A stretch of DNA of 64,000 nucleotides, taken from the NCBI GenBank assembly GCA_951406725.2, contig OX597826.1:47616001-47680000 (forward strand). The letters are read 5' to 3'. This DNA comes from Octopus vulgaris. Its lineage: Eukaryota. The notes beneath the pieces were generated by a model that did no database searches, was not told the DNA's origin, and saw only the letters and a program-made list of their open reading frames with translations. The position numbers were made by a program, and so were the translations under genes. Below are positions 12,430 through 27,181 of this stretch, piece after piece. Position 1 is the stretch's first letter; the number at the start of each line of letters is the position of its first letter.

Positions 12430-13048
12430 AAATTCTATACTTGGCGTTATTACGACTTGATGGTCTTTAGACGCACTCACTATTAGGAAATTTCCTCTTG
12501 CAGAGAAATTTTTAAAAAACACAATCCCTTTTCATTTTGTGGAAATTTGTTCAGATAAATATTGGAAGGACCTGTTATTGTTAATAATCTCTTAAATTCT
12601 GGTGTATATCTGCCGGCCATCTGGCCAGGTCTTCAGAAATGTTAACTACGTCTGTATTCGTGGATGAGTCGTGGTTGTGTGATGTTGGCCTATGATGTTG
12701 TCTTCATCAGTTAATAAGAAGACTTACCGTTTCAGTTCTGCCTTCTGGTGCGTTAATATTGCCTTCAACTTGATTCACGGCTTCATCATCGTTTTCTAAG
12801 CTGTAACGGATTTGATCATTGTATTCCTCACATATAATTCGACTAATGGCTGTGTTGTCATTTTCTGAATTGTTCATGTTTTCTTCGTCCTCAATATGCT
12901 GTAGCTTCAAATTCGTAATGACAAGAAAATTCGTAATCGCACCTCTTTCTTTTTCATTTTCAGCTGCCTTAACCTTGGCAAGGGCTCGTTCCTGGTTGCC
13001 ACTCAAATACTTTCGCCTTTTGCCTCTATCTCTGCTTGTACTTACCAT
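12430..13048 (-). pseudogene. hAT (ZMYM1/TTF zinc-finger type) transposase N-terminal relic
   Basis: KRRKYLSGNQER...EKERGAITNFL, followed by broken DLARWP...RD...RKFPNSE motifs resembling the DPxxWP...RKLxNGE region. Confidence 0.55.
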
Positions 13049-13065
13049 GATATAAAGGCTTTTTA

Positions 13066-13297
13066 AGGCGGCGAGCTGGCAGAATCGTTAGCACGTCGGG
13101 TGAAATGCTTAGCGTTATTTCGTCTGCCGCTACTTTCTGAGTTCAAATTCTGCCGAGGTCGACTTTGCCTTTCATCCTTTCGGAGTCGATAAATAAAGTA
13201 CCAGTTTCGCACTGGGGTCGTTGTAATCGACTTAATTCCTTTGTCTGTCCTTATTTGTCCCCTCTATGTTTAGCCCCTTGTGGGCAATAAAGAAATA
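13066..13297 (+). mobile_element. Nin/Deu-like SINE, full length
   Basis: GCCTTTCATCCTTTCGGAGTCGATAAATAAAGTACCAG domain; ~14-bp TSD tataa(a/g)ggcttttt. Confidence 0.85.
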
Positions 13298-14469
13298 TAT
13301 AAGGGCTTTTTCTATTACTTTTTTTGGGAAAAGCAAAAGGGCGACAATAAACTGAAATTATAAAGCAAAATCGTTTACAATAAAGATACTCTGGTACTGA
13401 AGAAAAATAGATATGAGCATGTATGCATCTAATTAAAGCAAAAGATTTTTATTTTTAAAAGCCTGGGAGTAGGAAGAAAAGCGCAGGGTGCAAAAGAACA
13501 AGAAATATAAATATTCTCTGTGATAATGAGGTAAAAACTAGTTGATTTAATATGTTAAACCTTAGATCAACTTATAACCCCGTTTGTCTTTTACAGCCAA
13601 ACTTAAGACTTCAAGTTTGCAGTTTGACAAGCAAAGTAAATGGTGACGATAAACTGGAAATTAGAAAACAAAAATCGAACATCAAAAAATTACATTGAAA
13701 TAGATAAACGGGTTCTGATTGAATAGTTCCACTACATTCACAGTATCAAGAAACTTCGTACACACTGGACATTCATTAATTCTTTGACTGCTTCAATTAA
13801 AATTGGAGCATTCCCTCAAACATGCTTTTCATTAATTTCTTTATTTAGTTACATCGTATTTTCTTGGAAAACGCTTTTACTAAAATGATTTTCTTATTTT
13901 CTTACCAAAACAGAGCTGGCGTTTTCCAAAATCATCGAAAACAAACCAATTTGGCGATGTTGATTATTTCACGCTATTACGTCAAGTATTGGCATTCTAT
14001 CTTTTATAAAAATCTATTTATATACATATTGATTAGCAAAAATTATTGATATATCTAAGAAACAATAAATACATAACTTTGAACAAAATAACTTAAGGAA
14101 AATGACCGTAGGAAAATGACTCGGAGTAATCATTAGCGTAACTTGCCCTTCGGTTCTTGTTGAGATAACTGAGCTGGGCTGATTATGACTCCCGGACTGT
14201 CAGACATTGTCAGGCACTAATTTCGCAGTTTAATAAGGCATTTTTCTCAAGTCATGCAGTAAATCCGCTTGTCCCACGGAAAGATAAAAGAATTGTGTGG
14301 ATATTTTCTGGTGTACGCAGTCGAACGGTTTAATTCATCATGGCTTTCTCCGCTAAAGCATGTGTACGGGGGCCAGTTTGAACAAATCTGGTGTGGGACA
14401 CAATTTGAACAAATCTATCCTATAGACTTAAAAGGCCCTGCCTTGCCTGTAAATCGCTAATTAATATTT

Positions 14470-14870
14470 AGACGTTGCTGTGCGGCAAGAAGTTTGCTTC
14501 TCAATCACATGGTTCCGGGTTCCGCTCCACTGCGTGGCACCTTGGGCAAGTGTCTTTTACTATAGCCTCGGGCCGACCAAAGGCCTTGTGAGTTGATTTG
14601 GCAGACGGAAACTGAAAGAAGCCGGTCGTATATGTGTGTGTGCATCTATGCGTATGTGCCTTTGTATCTGCGCTTGTGCTTCCATCATCGCTTGACAACC
14701 GACGTTGGTGTGTCTATGTCCCCGTAAGATACTGGTTCGGCAAAAGAAACCGCTAGAATAAGTACTAGGCTTACAAAGAATGAGTCCTGGGGGGTCGATT
14801 TCTTCGATTGAAAAACCCTTTATAGCAGTGTTCCAGCATGGCCACAGTCAAATGACTGAAACAAGTAACA

Positions 14871-14873
<3 letters not shown>
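14470..14873 (+). mobile_element. SINE family A
   Basis: Similarity to 34131-34650. Confidence 0.85.
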
Positions 14874-14942
<69 letters not shown>

Positions 14943-15399
14943 ATATATACACATAGCTTTTAACTTATTCAGATCATTATCTTTCTGTCTTTCTTTCATA
15001 CACTTTCTGTTGTATTGCTTTACCGCTGTGGCATCAAATTTACCATTTCATCTGTGATTCATCTACAAGATTTCTTTTAAATATTCTGAAAAGAAAATTT
15101 TGATATGGTAGTATGCTAAAAAATATTTGTCTGATATTCTTCAATTTCTGATCGTCAAATTATGATACAGTTGTTTCATCATTCTTTGAGAAGTTCTGAA
15201 AATTTAGTAGGCTTTTACGAATGTACATGCTTTTAAGAATATATATATCAACTATTTAAACAAACAACAATATGGATATACAAGTCAAATGACAAATAAA
15301 AACAATGTTGGGAAGACAAAGAAGAAAAATAAGAAAGAATAAATCAAAAAGAGAAAAAGAAAATATAACTTAAATCACATAACATAAATTTCTTTTGTG

Positions 15400-17050
<1,651 letters not shown>

Positions 17051-18136
17051 TGTCAACGGAGGACTATATTTATGGGTATTTAGCTATATTTTCACATCTA
17101 CAATCAGGGTGAAAAATTATTAATGGTGATGCATTCTGGAAGAACAACTCACATTCTTGTTTTATATTTGTTTTTATTTCATTTTATTATCATTTTATGT
17201 TTGTATTTTGTTGTTTTATATCCCTTGTTTTCTAACCTTGGAAAAAAAAAAATTTGCAGGGAGTTTTTATCTAAAAGCCTTTGCTCCTTTCTCCTCATTT
17301 TTATACCTATTCTATCCGTTCTTGTTTATTTTAATAACAACAAGGAGAAAAGTAAACTGCTTGAGTGATGAAAATATGTATTGATGTGATTTAAACATAC
17401 ATATATATATATGTGTTTGTGTTTGTGTACGTACATGCAACTATGTACATATGTCTGCGTATGTGAGTGTAAGTTTGTGTGTGTGTGTGTGCATATGTGG
17501 AACCATTCTATGCTTTTCCATTTTCTTGCTGAAAATTTTTTTTTTCCATGTTTTTGTAGCATTTTCTGACTAGATACTCTTGGTCTCTATTCCTCCAAAT
17601 CAGGCAAAAATCTACAAAAACAAAACAAAAAAAAATGAAAAAAAAAAAAAAAAAGAAAAACACAAGCTTCATTTTTTTTTTTCATTTTTTTTTTAATCTT
17701 TGGAATCTTCATGAAGTTAGTTCTACAGAATGAATTGGGATTATCTGCAGAAAGTTCCCATGAGGTTCCATTTCATAAGTACTTTTTCATTGTCCATAGA
17801 TTTTTCTGTCCAAAGAAACATTATCAGTCTTAGATAAATTCACATAAATATTATATATTGTACGTGGAAGTTCCACGCCAAGAGATATTTTTGTCTGATA
17901 AATCACTTGCATGCAGTTTACCAAATTTGTTTGCATTTAATCTTTCACGATCGGCACTATCACCAACCAGTATGGCCAATCTTCCTCTTCCATGGCATCA
18001 TGACAATCCTTCACCCTTTAACTCATAACATCCCTCACTTCCAAGCTGCCAGAATCTTCATCATAAACTGTTAAACACCATCCCTACAGAACACTGGTGG
18101 AACAGGGAACAACCACCCCCACATCACAGCTCATAA

Positions 18137-18157
18137 CCCCACCATCACCACCATCAC

Positions 18158-18211
<54 letters not shown>

Positions 18212-18440
18212 AACCACCACAATCATCATAACTGCTATCACCACCATCAACTCCATCATCATCATCCTAACCATCATCATCATCATCATCATTATCATCA
18301 TCGTCATCATCATCATTATCATCATCATCATCATCATCATAACCACCACAATCATCATAACTGCTATCACCACCATCAACTCCATCATCATCATCCTAAC
18401 CATCATCATCATCATCATCATTATCATCACTATCATCGCC
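18137..18440. repeat. Degenerate (CAT)n tract with 129-bp tandem duplication
   Basis: taaccaccacaatcatcataactgctatcacc at 18211 and 18340. Confidence 0.9.
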
Positions 18441-19725
18441 AATAGTTAACCTAATGAGTGAAATCGTCAGTTGTTGTTGCAAAAGTCTCCTTTGATAACT
18501 TCAGAATCAAAGAGCAGTTATTTCCCCTTATCAGGTAAATCTTGCAATTTATTTATTTATGTGTACATTTATAGTTTGTTTTTTGTTGATGGCTTGTTTG
18601 GGTTTTTTTTGGGTTTTTTTTTTTTTTTTGCATTTTAGGGGTTGTTGGGGATGATGGCAATGATAGTTGTGGGGATGTGTTGTTTTACTGCAGACAGAGA
18701 CCACATTACATGCAACATCAATGCAAAGTGCATCTCTGATCTCACCATTTAACACAAACAGAAATATAAAGCAATTTTTTTTCTTACTTCCCCACAAAAT
18801 AGCAAATTAAACTATATGATGTCACATTAGACTTCTTTTTTTTTTTCATATATATTTCATATGTTTTTATTTAGTTTTTTTATTGTTTATTCTTTTTATT
18901 TTGAAGTGGTAGGGTAACATAGGAAAGAAACAATTTTTTCCTAATTATGGCCAATGAGTTACTATGACTGCTTCTTTCATTGGCTGATAATATTTATTTA
19001 TTTAATTATTCATATTTTTATTCATTCATTCATTTCCTTTATTTATTTATCTATTTATTTATTTTATTTCCAAATGGGACATAAATGTGTATCTATAAAG
19101 ATGTTTTAGAATCTGTGTTTTGAAATAGAAAGCTCTGCTAAGCATTTTGTTCTGTTCTGTTATACCATTTATCTTAAAGGCATCAATAATTTCAATATGT
19201 TTGACAAATAAGCAGAAAAAAAATAATAAAGAAATCAAAAAGAAGTGTTATTTATTGAGACATTTTATTGCGGAATCATATATTAGGAATAAGAGGGGTT
19301 TGAGAAATTTGGTTAAACTTCGAACAGCAAGATAGACCTACAATTATCTTCACATATAATGAGTCATATCAATAGGTGTATGATAGGTCATTGAGCCATA
19401 ACTATTACAGGTGTACTGTATCATACTAATGCATCTTCAATTAGACCGAGTCTCATAAAAGACAGGTGATTTAATACACTGTAACTCAACATTACTTTAA
19501 AATATTACTATACACCAATTTCATATAGTTACACCTTCAGTTAGGCAGTGTCACAATACACAGCTGTTGTGACACAGATTGTAACTGAACATAGGTTAGT
19601 TTAATATGTTAACATTCTTCAATATCATATAGTTATACTTTCAGATAGTTACAGTATCACAGTACACAAGTGTTAGGACATGGATTTAATTCAACATACA
19701 TTACTTTAAAATGTTAATATTCACC

Positions 19726-20722
19726 ATCATCATCATCATTGTTTAACGTCCACTTTCCATGCTAGCATGGGTTGGACGATTTGACTGGGGACTGGCGAAC
19801 CAGATGGCTGCACCAGGCTCCAATCTTGATCTGGCAGAGTTTCTACAGCTGCATGCCCTTCCTAATGCCAACCACTCCGAGAGTGTAGTGGGTGCTTTTA
19901 TGTAGAGGGCCAGTCAGGTGGTACTGGCAACGGCTACACCCAAATGATGCTTTTTTTACATGCCACCTGCACACCAGCACAAGAACCAGTAACAAGAGTT
20001 GGTAATGATTGCACTCGAATGGTGCTTTTTACATGCCACCAGTACAGACGCCAGTTAGCCGCTCTGGCAACGATCATGCTTGGGTGATGCTCTTAGTGCT
20101 CCACTAGCACAGATGCCAGTCATCGAATTTTATTTTGATTTCGGTTTCACTTACCTCAACAGGTCTTCGCAAGCAGTGTTCAATGAAGGGAAGGTATGCA
20201 TAAGTGGGCTGGTTACACCCCTGGCATAGGCCAAAAGGGTATGGTCTCATTTGACTTGCTGGGTCTTCTCAAGCACAGCATATTTCCAAAAGTCTCTGTC
20301 ATTAGTCATTGCCTCAGTGAGGCCTGATGTTCAAAGGTCATGCTTCACCACTTCATCCCTGGTTTTCCTGGGTCTACCTCTTCCACAGGTTCCCTCAACC
20401 GCCAGGGTGTGGCACTTTTTCACACAGCTATCCTCATCCATTCTCACCACATGACCATACCAGCATAGTCGTCTCTCTTGCACACCACATCTGATGCTTC
20501 TTAGGTCCAACTTTTCTCTCAAAGTACTTACACTCTGTCGAGTATGCACACTGACATTACACATCCATCTGATCATACTGGCTTCATTTATTGCGAGCTT
20601 ATGCATGTCCTCAGCAGTCACAGCCCATGTTTCACTGCCATGTAGCATGGCAGTTCAAGCACACATGTGTCAAACAGTCTACCTTTTACTCTGAGTGAGA
20701 GTCCCTTTGTCACAAGCAGAGG
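19726..20722 (-). mobile_element. 5'-truncated RTE-clade LINE (ORF C-terminus, 3' UTR, (GAT)n tail)
   Basis: ORF 20331-20648 MLHGSETWAV...RRLCWYGHVVRM...GRGRPRKT; candidate TSD tattcac. Confidence 0.9.
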
Positions 20723-21105
20723 TATTCACAAATATCATATAATTACACCTTCAGTTACACTGAGACTATTTCTATATGGTCAAGGGACAACTCTGTGACT
20801 CTTTCTAATGTTATTCCTGTTTTCACTCTTGCTGCTGCTTAAGCCCAGGACTTTTGTTCAGCAAAAGCAAACCTGTGTTCAACTAAAGTCTATGACCAAC
20901 AGTCCAAAAGTACATGCTTTTTTAGGTACATGTGTTTTTAGGTGCAAATATGTCAGTGTGGTAAGAAGTTAGTTTCTTGACCACTTGGTTTCAAGTTCAG
21001 TCCCACTGGGCAACACTCTGAACAAGTGTCTACCACTATAACTCTGGGCTGGCCAAAGCCTTGTTTGTAGATTTGCTAGATGGAAACTAAAAGAAGCTCT
21101 TCATA

Positions 21106-21321
21106 CAGGGTGGCCCAAAAGTAGGTTTACAGTTATTCAACTGTCTCTTTCACATTCATATATTAACAGTTTAGATCTTAATTATAAAAAAATATGAAAC
21201 CCTTTATTTTGTCAAGCTCCCTTTTCAGTTTGTACGATAGAAATTTAAATGTAATGAAATGCTTTAAAAGAAATTTAATGTGCCTACATGATAACTGTAA
21301 ACCTACTTTTGGACCACTTTA
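21106..21321. mobile_element. Tc1/mariner MITE
   Basis: TA followed by ~30-bp TIR CAGGGTGGCCCAAAAGTAGGTTTACAGTTAT, imperfect at the right end. Confidence 0.85.
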
Positions 21322-21336
21322 CATATATGTAAGCAT

Positions 21337-21406
<70 letters not shown>

Positions 21407-21525
21407 ATGTATGTGTTATAGTCTCCTTGCTTTGACATCACTTTATAAACAAGTGCCACCATCATGCAGGTGATGTCCTTCACTTTCACTGTTTTTAAGA
21501 ACATGTTTGGTCATGGGGAAATATT

Positions 21526-21741
21526 CTTTTCTATACCAGGCACATGGCCTGAAATTTTTAGGGAGGGAACCAGTCGATTAGATAGACCCCAGTACACAAC
21601 TGGTACTTAATTTATCAACCTCGAAAGGATGAAAGGCAAAGTCAGCCTTGGCAGAATTTGAACTCAGAACATAAAGACAGACAAAATACCTACAACTTAG
21701 CAGTTTGCCCACCATGCTAATGTTTCTGCAAGCTTGCCACG
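21526..21741 (-). mobile_element. Nin/Deu-like SINE
   Basis: Perfect 19-bp TSD ttggtcatggggaaatatt (21507-21525 / 21742-21760). Confidence 0.9.
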
Positions 21742-21888
21742 TTGGTCATGGGGAAATATTACCTTACTTGGAACCAGATGGGACTTGACAACAGGAACGC
21801 CATCTAGCTGTAGAAAATCTACCTCAACAAGTTCCGTGCAACTCATAGAAAAGTATAGAAAAGTATAGAAAAGTGGATGTTAAAACAA

Positions 21889-21929
<41 letters not shown>

Positions 21930-21989
21930 TGCATTTTTAAGAGATCAAAAATGAATGCCCTTTATCTCAAGCAGAAGTCATAGAAGTAG

Positions 21990-22520
21990 GAAATGAGAGT
22001 GTAAATGTTAACATCAAATCTCTGATGAAGCTACATATCAGAAAAAGTTAGAGAATGCTTAGCCATGGCAAGAACGTCCATGGAAAAGTTTAACATCTGG
22101 TTCAGCAAAAGTGTGCCAAATGAGCGAAAACCAAGGCTAATGTGATCGCCCATTTCGTCAATAGACATCTATATGGTTATGAAGCATGGACTCTGAACAA
22201 ATTTGAGAAGGGCATAATGTGTTTGAAATGTTGGCATATAGGAGTATGTTATGAGTCTCTTACAAGGATCAGTGGACAAATGGATGGGTGCTACAGTAAG
22301 TAGGTGTAAGATGAAAAGTCTTAAATATTGTGAGAAAGCAAAAGCTCTTCTATTGAGGCCACATGCGCAGAAGCAGAGGTCTGGAAAATATGATCGTGGA
22401 AGGAAGAGTTGAGAACAGTGGATCAAAGAGGCAAGTAAAGAATGCAATGGATGGACAATAACAGGAGCTGGTTGGAGAAGATTGGCAAGGCAGCTGGAGA
22501 ATTCATGCTTAACTGGGACA
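21990..22520 (+). pseudogene. Old RTE-like LINE ORF fragment
   Basis: LYGYEAWTL motif and a decayed GR..(W) C-terminal motif; many stops. Confidence 0.5.
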
Positions 22521-22634
22521 ACTTTTGTTGTAGTGTCATTAATGCGCTGCAGGTGTACTGTACATGTCAGTGATGACAACAAGGATGCGATGTAAGAAAG
22601 ATGTATTTTTTATTTCTAAGACTTCAAGAGACAT

Positions 22635-23146
22635 CATCTTCATTTAACATCCGCTTTCCATGCTAGCATGGGTTGGACGACTTGACTGAGGGCTGGTGAA
22701 CCAGATGGCTGCACCAGGCTTCAATCTTGATCTGGCAGAGTTTCTACAGCTGGATGCCCTTCCTAACGCCAACCACTCCGAGAGTGTAGTGGGTGCTTTT
22801 ACATGCCACCGGCATGGGGCCAGTCAAGCAGTACTGGCAATGACCATTCTAAAATCTTTTACACATGTCACTGGCACAGGTGTCAGTAAGGCGATGCTGG
22901 TAACGATCACACTCGAATGATGTTTTTTACGTGCCACCAGCACGGAGGCCAGATAGCCGCTCTGGCAACGATCATGCTCAGATGGTGCTCTTAACACCCT
23001 ACTAGCACGGGGCTCGAGTGCCAGTAAGGTGACAGTAGTAACGATCATACTCGAATGGTGCCATTTATGTGCCACTGGCACGGAAGCCGGTTAGCCGCTC
23101 TGTCAACGATCACACTCGTATGGTGCTCTTTGCACCCCGCTAGCAC
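22635..23146 (-). mobile_element. RTE 3'-UTR fragment with ~61-bp internal tandem repeats
   Basis: Near-identical to 19740-20120. Confidence 0.85.
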
Positions 23147-23911
23147 ATGCAGACAAACTCATTACCTCTGTCTTTTCTTATCAACTTTGAACTTTTCTTG
23201 TCTTGAGATAAATCATGGTATTGCTTAACAGTTAAGATTCGACCATTGTCAGCTAGTTCATTTGAATCAGGATAAAACATAATAGAGAATATCTGCTGGG
23301 AAACGAACTATCAACTGGTGAGAAAGAAGTTTAACACTCTACCTTCTTGGCCAGTTATTAGTCTTCTAAAACATATTTTACAGCAAAATAGCAAAGTAAG
23401 GCAAAAGTCAATGGTTAAACAATGATGCAAACAAAAATAAGAAAATAAAATTTTTTAAATAAAAACTATTATATGAATGGAATGTTTATGAGATATTTAT
23501 CAATTAAAATGTTTTAAAATAGCTTTTCTTTTTACTTCAGAAAACAGGAATAAATTGTTACAATTCACCATGTTGTTTTGCATTTTTGATGTTTATTTTT
23601 TTTATTTTCTACTTTCTATTTATTTTCATCTTTGTTATACATTTTAAAAATTTTTGATTCTTTCATTTTCGCCACCTCTTAACTTTTTTTTTTTGCACAT
23701 TTTTAATCTTTGGTTTCAATCAGTTTCTGAAAGATTCCTCTAAAAGCAAAAATTTCAATAACATTAGCTAGTCTGCAAATAACAAGTTGTTTTCTTCACA
23801 CTTATTTTTTTTTTATATACTTTTAATTATACATCACTCATTCATTTACTTTCCTACCACCTTCTTTCTGTCTATATATCTCTCTCTCTCCCCATACACA
23901 TACACATACAC

Positions 23912-23967
<56 letters not shown>

Positions 23968-24666
23968 GTATATATATATATATATATATACACACACATG
24001 TATATGTATTCATTTCTTCAAAATATAAGTACTTTTTCTTTCATTTGTAAATCCAAATGTATGTGTATGTATATATACATATACACAAGTATACATCCAA
24101 ATGTACGCACACGCACACACGCACACACTCGTATATATATGCAGTAATTGTGTGTAGATTATATGAATGTATAATACATATGTGTCATTGAATATATTTT
24201 TTCCCAAAAGTAATTTTTGTTTTGGTTTTGTTTTCTGATTTGTTTTAACAATTGCCAATGGCTTTTCTTTGAAAGATTATTTCAGACGTGATTGAGACAA
24301 TAGTTATTTTGAGGGTGGGTGGGCAGGAGTGGAGGGATGCCATTGATTCTTCTTCGCTGTAAATGTGTGTCTTATTTTGCCATTAACACAGCTTCTGATC
24401 CCAGACATTTTTTTTTTGTTGTTTTTTCCTTCCCTTCTCTTGGACCATTCAAAACACACATACACATACAAACAGTTATACATACACGATGAATACAAAC
24501 TCATACACATACGAAAATACACAGACGCATTAAAATATATACACAATTTATACATAACTACATATGTGCGTGTATGCATATGTAACACACACATATGCAC
24601 ACACATATATATAAATATATGTGTATGTGAATATATATTGTATATATATATGTATGCATGTATATA

Positions 24667-24699
<33 letters not shown>

Positions 24700-24743
24700 G
24701 TATATTTATATATATGCATATATATACATATATATATATGTAT

Positions 24744-24815
<72 letters not shown>

Positions 24816-25300
24816 TGGAGAAGAGTGAATGAGAATGAGAAAGTGATGTGATGTGTATATATTTGAGTTAAAAAATAGACATTATTGTGTATTGGCATGC
24901 AGTAGCCAATCTTACATACGCAAACAAATTGTATCAAAACTATGAAACATCATGAAGATCACATTTCATGATATGTTCCGCTGTTGTCTTGGATCACCAT
25001 TCCTCATTCCTCCATCTCACACCACACCACATTCCTCTTATTTCTATTCCTAGTTTCAATAACACATTAAGGTGGGGTTGTTGTTTTTTTTTTTCTTTTA
25101 GATTTTTGTATTAAAATATACAATTCTATGAATTGATGTTGATGCAAGACAACACCTCAGGTCTAAGTGTCTGCCATGGCCCACTCCAGCCCCATTCCTT
25201 TTCAATTCACATAATTTATGTTGTTAACATCTCTTGGAGAGTCATGAATGTTATGAACTCCCATTATTTTCTACTAAAAATACAATCCCATCCATGTATA

Positions 25301-25348
<48 letters not shown>

Positions 25349-25469
25349 GGTGATAAATCGTATGGTATACACTTGGTAGATTACCAGTAAAGCACGTTCA
25401 CTTTCACAGTGTTTGTTGGAAATTTGATTAATGAGAGAGATGGATACTCCTAAACCAGTTGATAAGTAT

Positions 25470-25520
25470 ACCACTCATGAGGGATCGATGCTAGATTGGT
25501 CAAAACAATTGTAATTATTA
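25470..25520 (+). ncRNA. Decayed hammerhead-like motif
   Basis: CTCATGA-GG-GATCGAT/ATTGGTC-AAAAC-AATT-GTA followed by AATAAA; ACAATTGT palindrome. Confidence 0.45.
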
Positions 25521-25571
25521 ATAAACATTCTCATATCTCCCATCTTCCATTTCTCTCATTAATCATATATT

Positions 25572-25625
<54 letters not shown>

Positions 25626-25864
25626 AAAATTCTATAATTATGAGTATAATTATAATTAGCGTTCAGTAAAAATTTGTTTCATCACATACCAAAATTTAGA
25701 AATAGCAGTTAAAACTAACTATTTCACTACCATTAGGAAATCTCCCAGATTTATACTCATCGTCATAGAATTTTTGTATAAGTTTACCAATAATGGTTCT
25801 TTTAGCATACCAGACTACTTGGTAAAATTATTAATTAATTCATTCATTCATTCATTTTACCATT

Positions 25865-25933
<69 letters not shown>

Positions 25934-25937
<4 letters not shown>

Positions 25938-26910
25938 GTTGGCTAAAACGTCCACTCAGTTTTTAAAGTGAAAATAAAACTTTAAGTTTAAGCACCAAGT
26001 GATTTTATTCAACCAGTTATATTACCATTTAGTTCCAGTTTCTTCTACCATCTTGTGGGTAGATCCATTATTTCTTTCTCTGAGAATTTCTTATCTTTAC
26101 TGATGAAAATCTCTTCTAAGTGAATTTTCATATCTCCTTCAGAGTTAAAGGTTTGTCCATTCAATGAAGAAACTGAAACAGATGAAAATCTGAAGGATCA
26201 AGTATGGAGGGTGTAGCAAAACTTTTCATCCAAGCCTCAATGACTTCTGCCATGTCTGCAAAGAAGTGTGAGTGTGTGGTTTGGTATGGTCATGAAGGGC
26301 AATATCCTTACAGTTAGTAAGTTCCAGGTGCTTCTGGAAGATCACTATATTTAATTTTGTTCAGCAGGTCACAATACACATCTGAAATGATTGTTCTACT
26401 CAGAGCAAGAAGCTCATAAAACAAAACTTTATTCGAATCCTACAAAATTAACAACATAATCTTCTTCGAGTGGAGTCCTGTATTGGAAGTTGTTTGCAGT
26501 GGTTTGCATTTCACATTGCCATATAAGATTCATTTTTCCCTTACAGTCACCTTTTTCTTCAAACAAACAACAGCTGTTTTCTTTACACACTTGCAATGAA
26601 TGGCAGATAAACATTCATTGGGGCATATTCTCCTTATTTAACTGGCGTATAACCTAAAATCGAACCTGCTGACATAACTAAGTTGATGCAGAAGGCTTTC
26701 AAACACTCATTTTGGATATTTAGGGAATCTCTACGATCACTCTGGTTATATAACAGGGGTCAGTGTCAACTAACTCCTTTATTTTGTTACTGTTAATTTC
26801 TGTTGGTCAGCTAGAGTGAGGACCAAATTCTTGAAGACAAGAGGACCAAAATCTTGAAGACAACTTTTGGTGCACATGTTCTATAACACCATTCTCTCCC
26901 ACACGCCATA
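25934..26910 (-). mobile_element. Mariner relic (TIR ttgggttggctaaaa)
   Basis: Minus-strand PSDFHLF...LNGQTFNSE...DLPTRW motifs; many lesions. Confidence 0.8.
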
Positions 26911-26962
26911 AAAGAAAAGTATTGTTTGTGAGCAGTGAGTCTTTACCTGCTGTTGTTTTTAA

Positions 26963-27181
26963 CTCTTTTGATACCAGAACCATCTGAGACCATGTTAGAT
27001 TCTATGATGTAAATTTACCATTCCAAAATGATTTAAATTAAAATCCTTCTTTTGAAATGCATTAATTGATATCAAACACCAGTTTAATGATGATGAAGTT
27101 ATGTTACTAAATATTTCATTCTTTTCAAAATTGACTGGAACACAAGTAGTGTATTTCAACAGAGATATGGTAACAGAATGG
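26963..27181. mobile_element. piggyBac-like MITE, decayed
   Basis: TTAA flanks; imperfect IR ctcttttgatacca / tggtaacagaatgg. Confidence 0.45.

Larger units (their letters stand above)
20940..21890 (+). mobile_element. Family A SINE head with RTE-type tail, interrupted by a MITE and a Nin SINE
   Basis: Head at 20940-21103; tail CATCTAGCTGTAGAAA...GGATGTTAAAAC followed by (GCT)/(GAT)n. Confidence 0.65.

Noticed and set aside
17546-17570. miR-279-like TGACTAGAT
   Set aside because: Only the seed region matches and I see no precursor hairpin
22018-22058. CTGATGA...GAAA hammerhead
   Set aside because: No stem I or stem II pairing; lies in a LINE ORF relic
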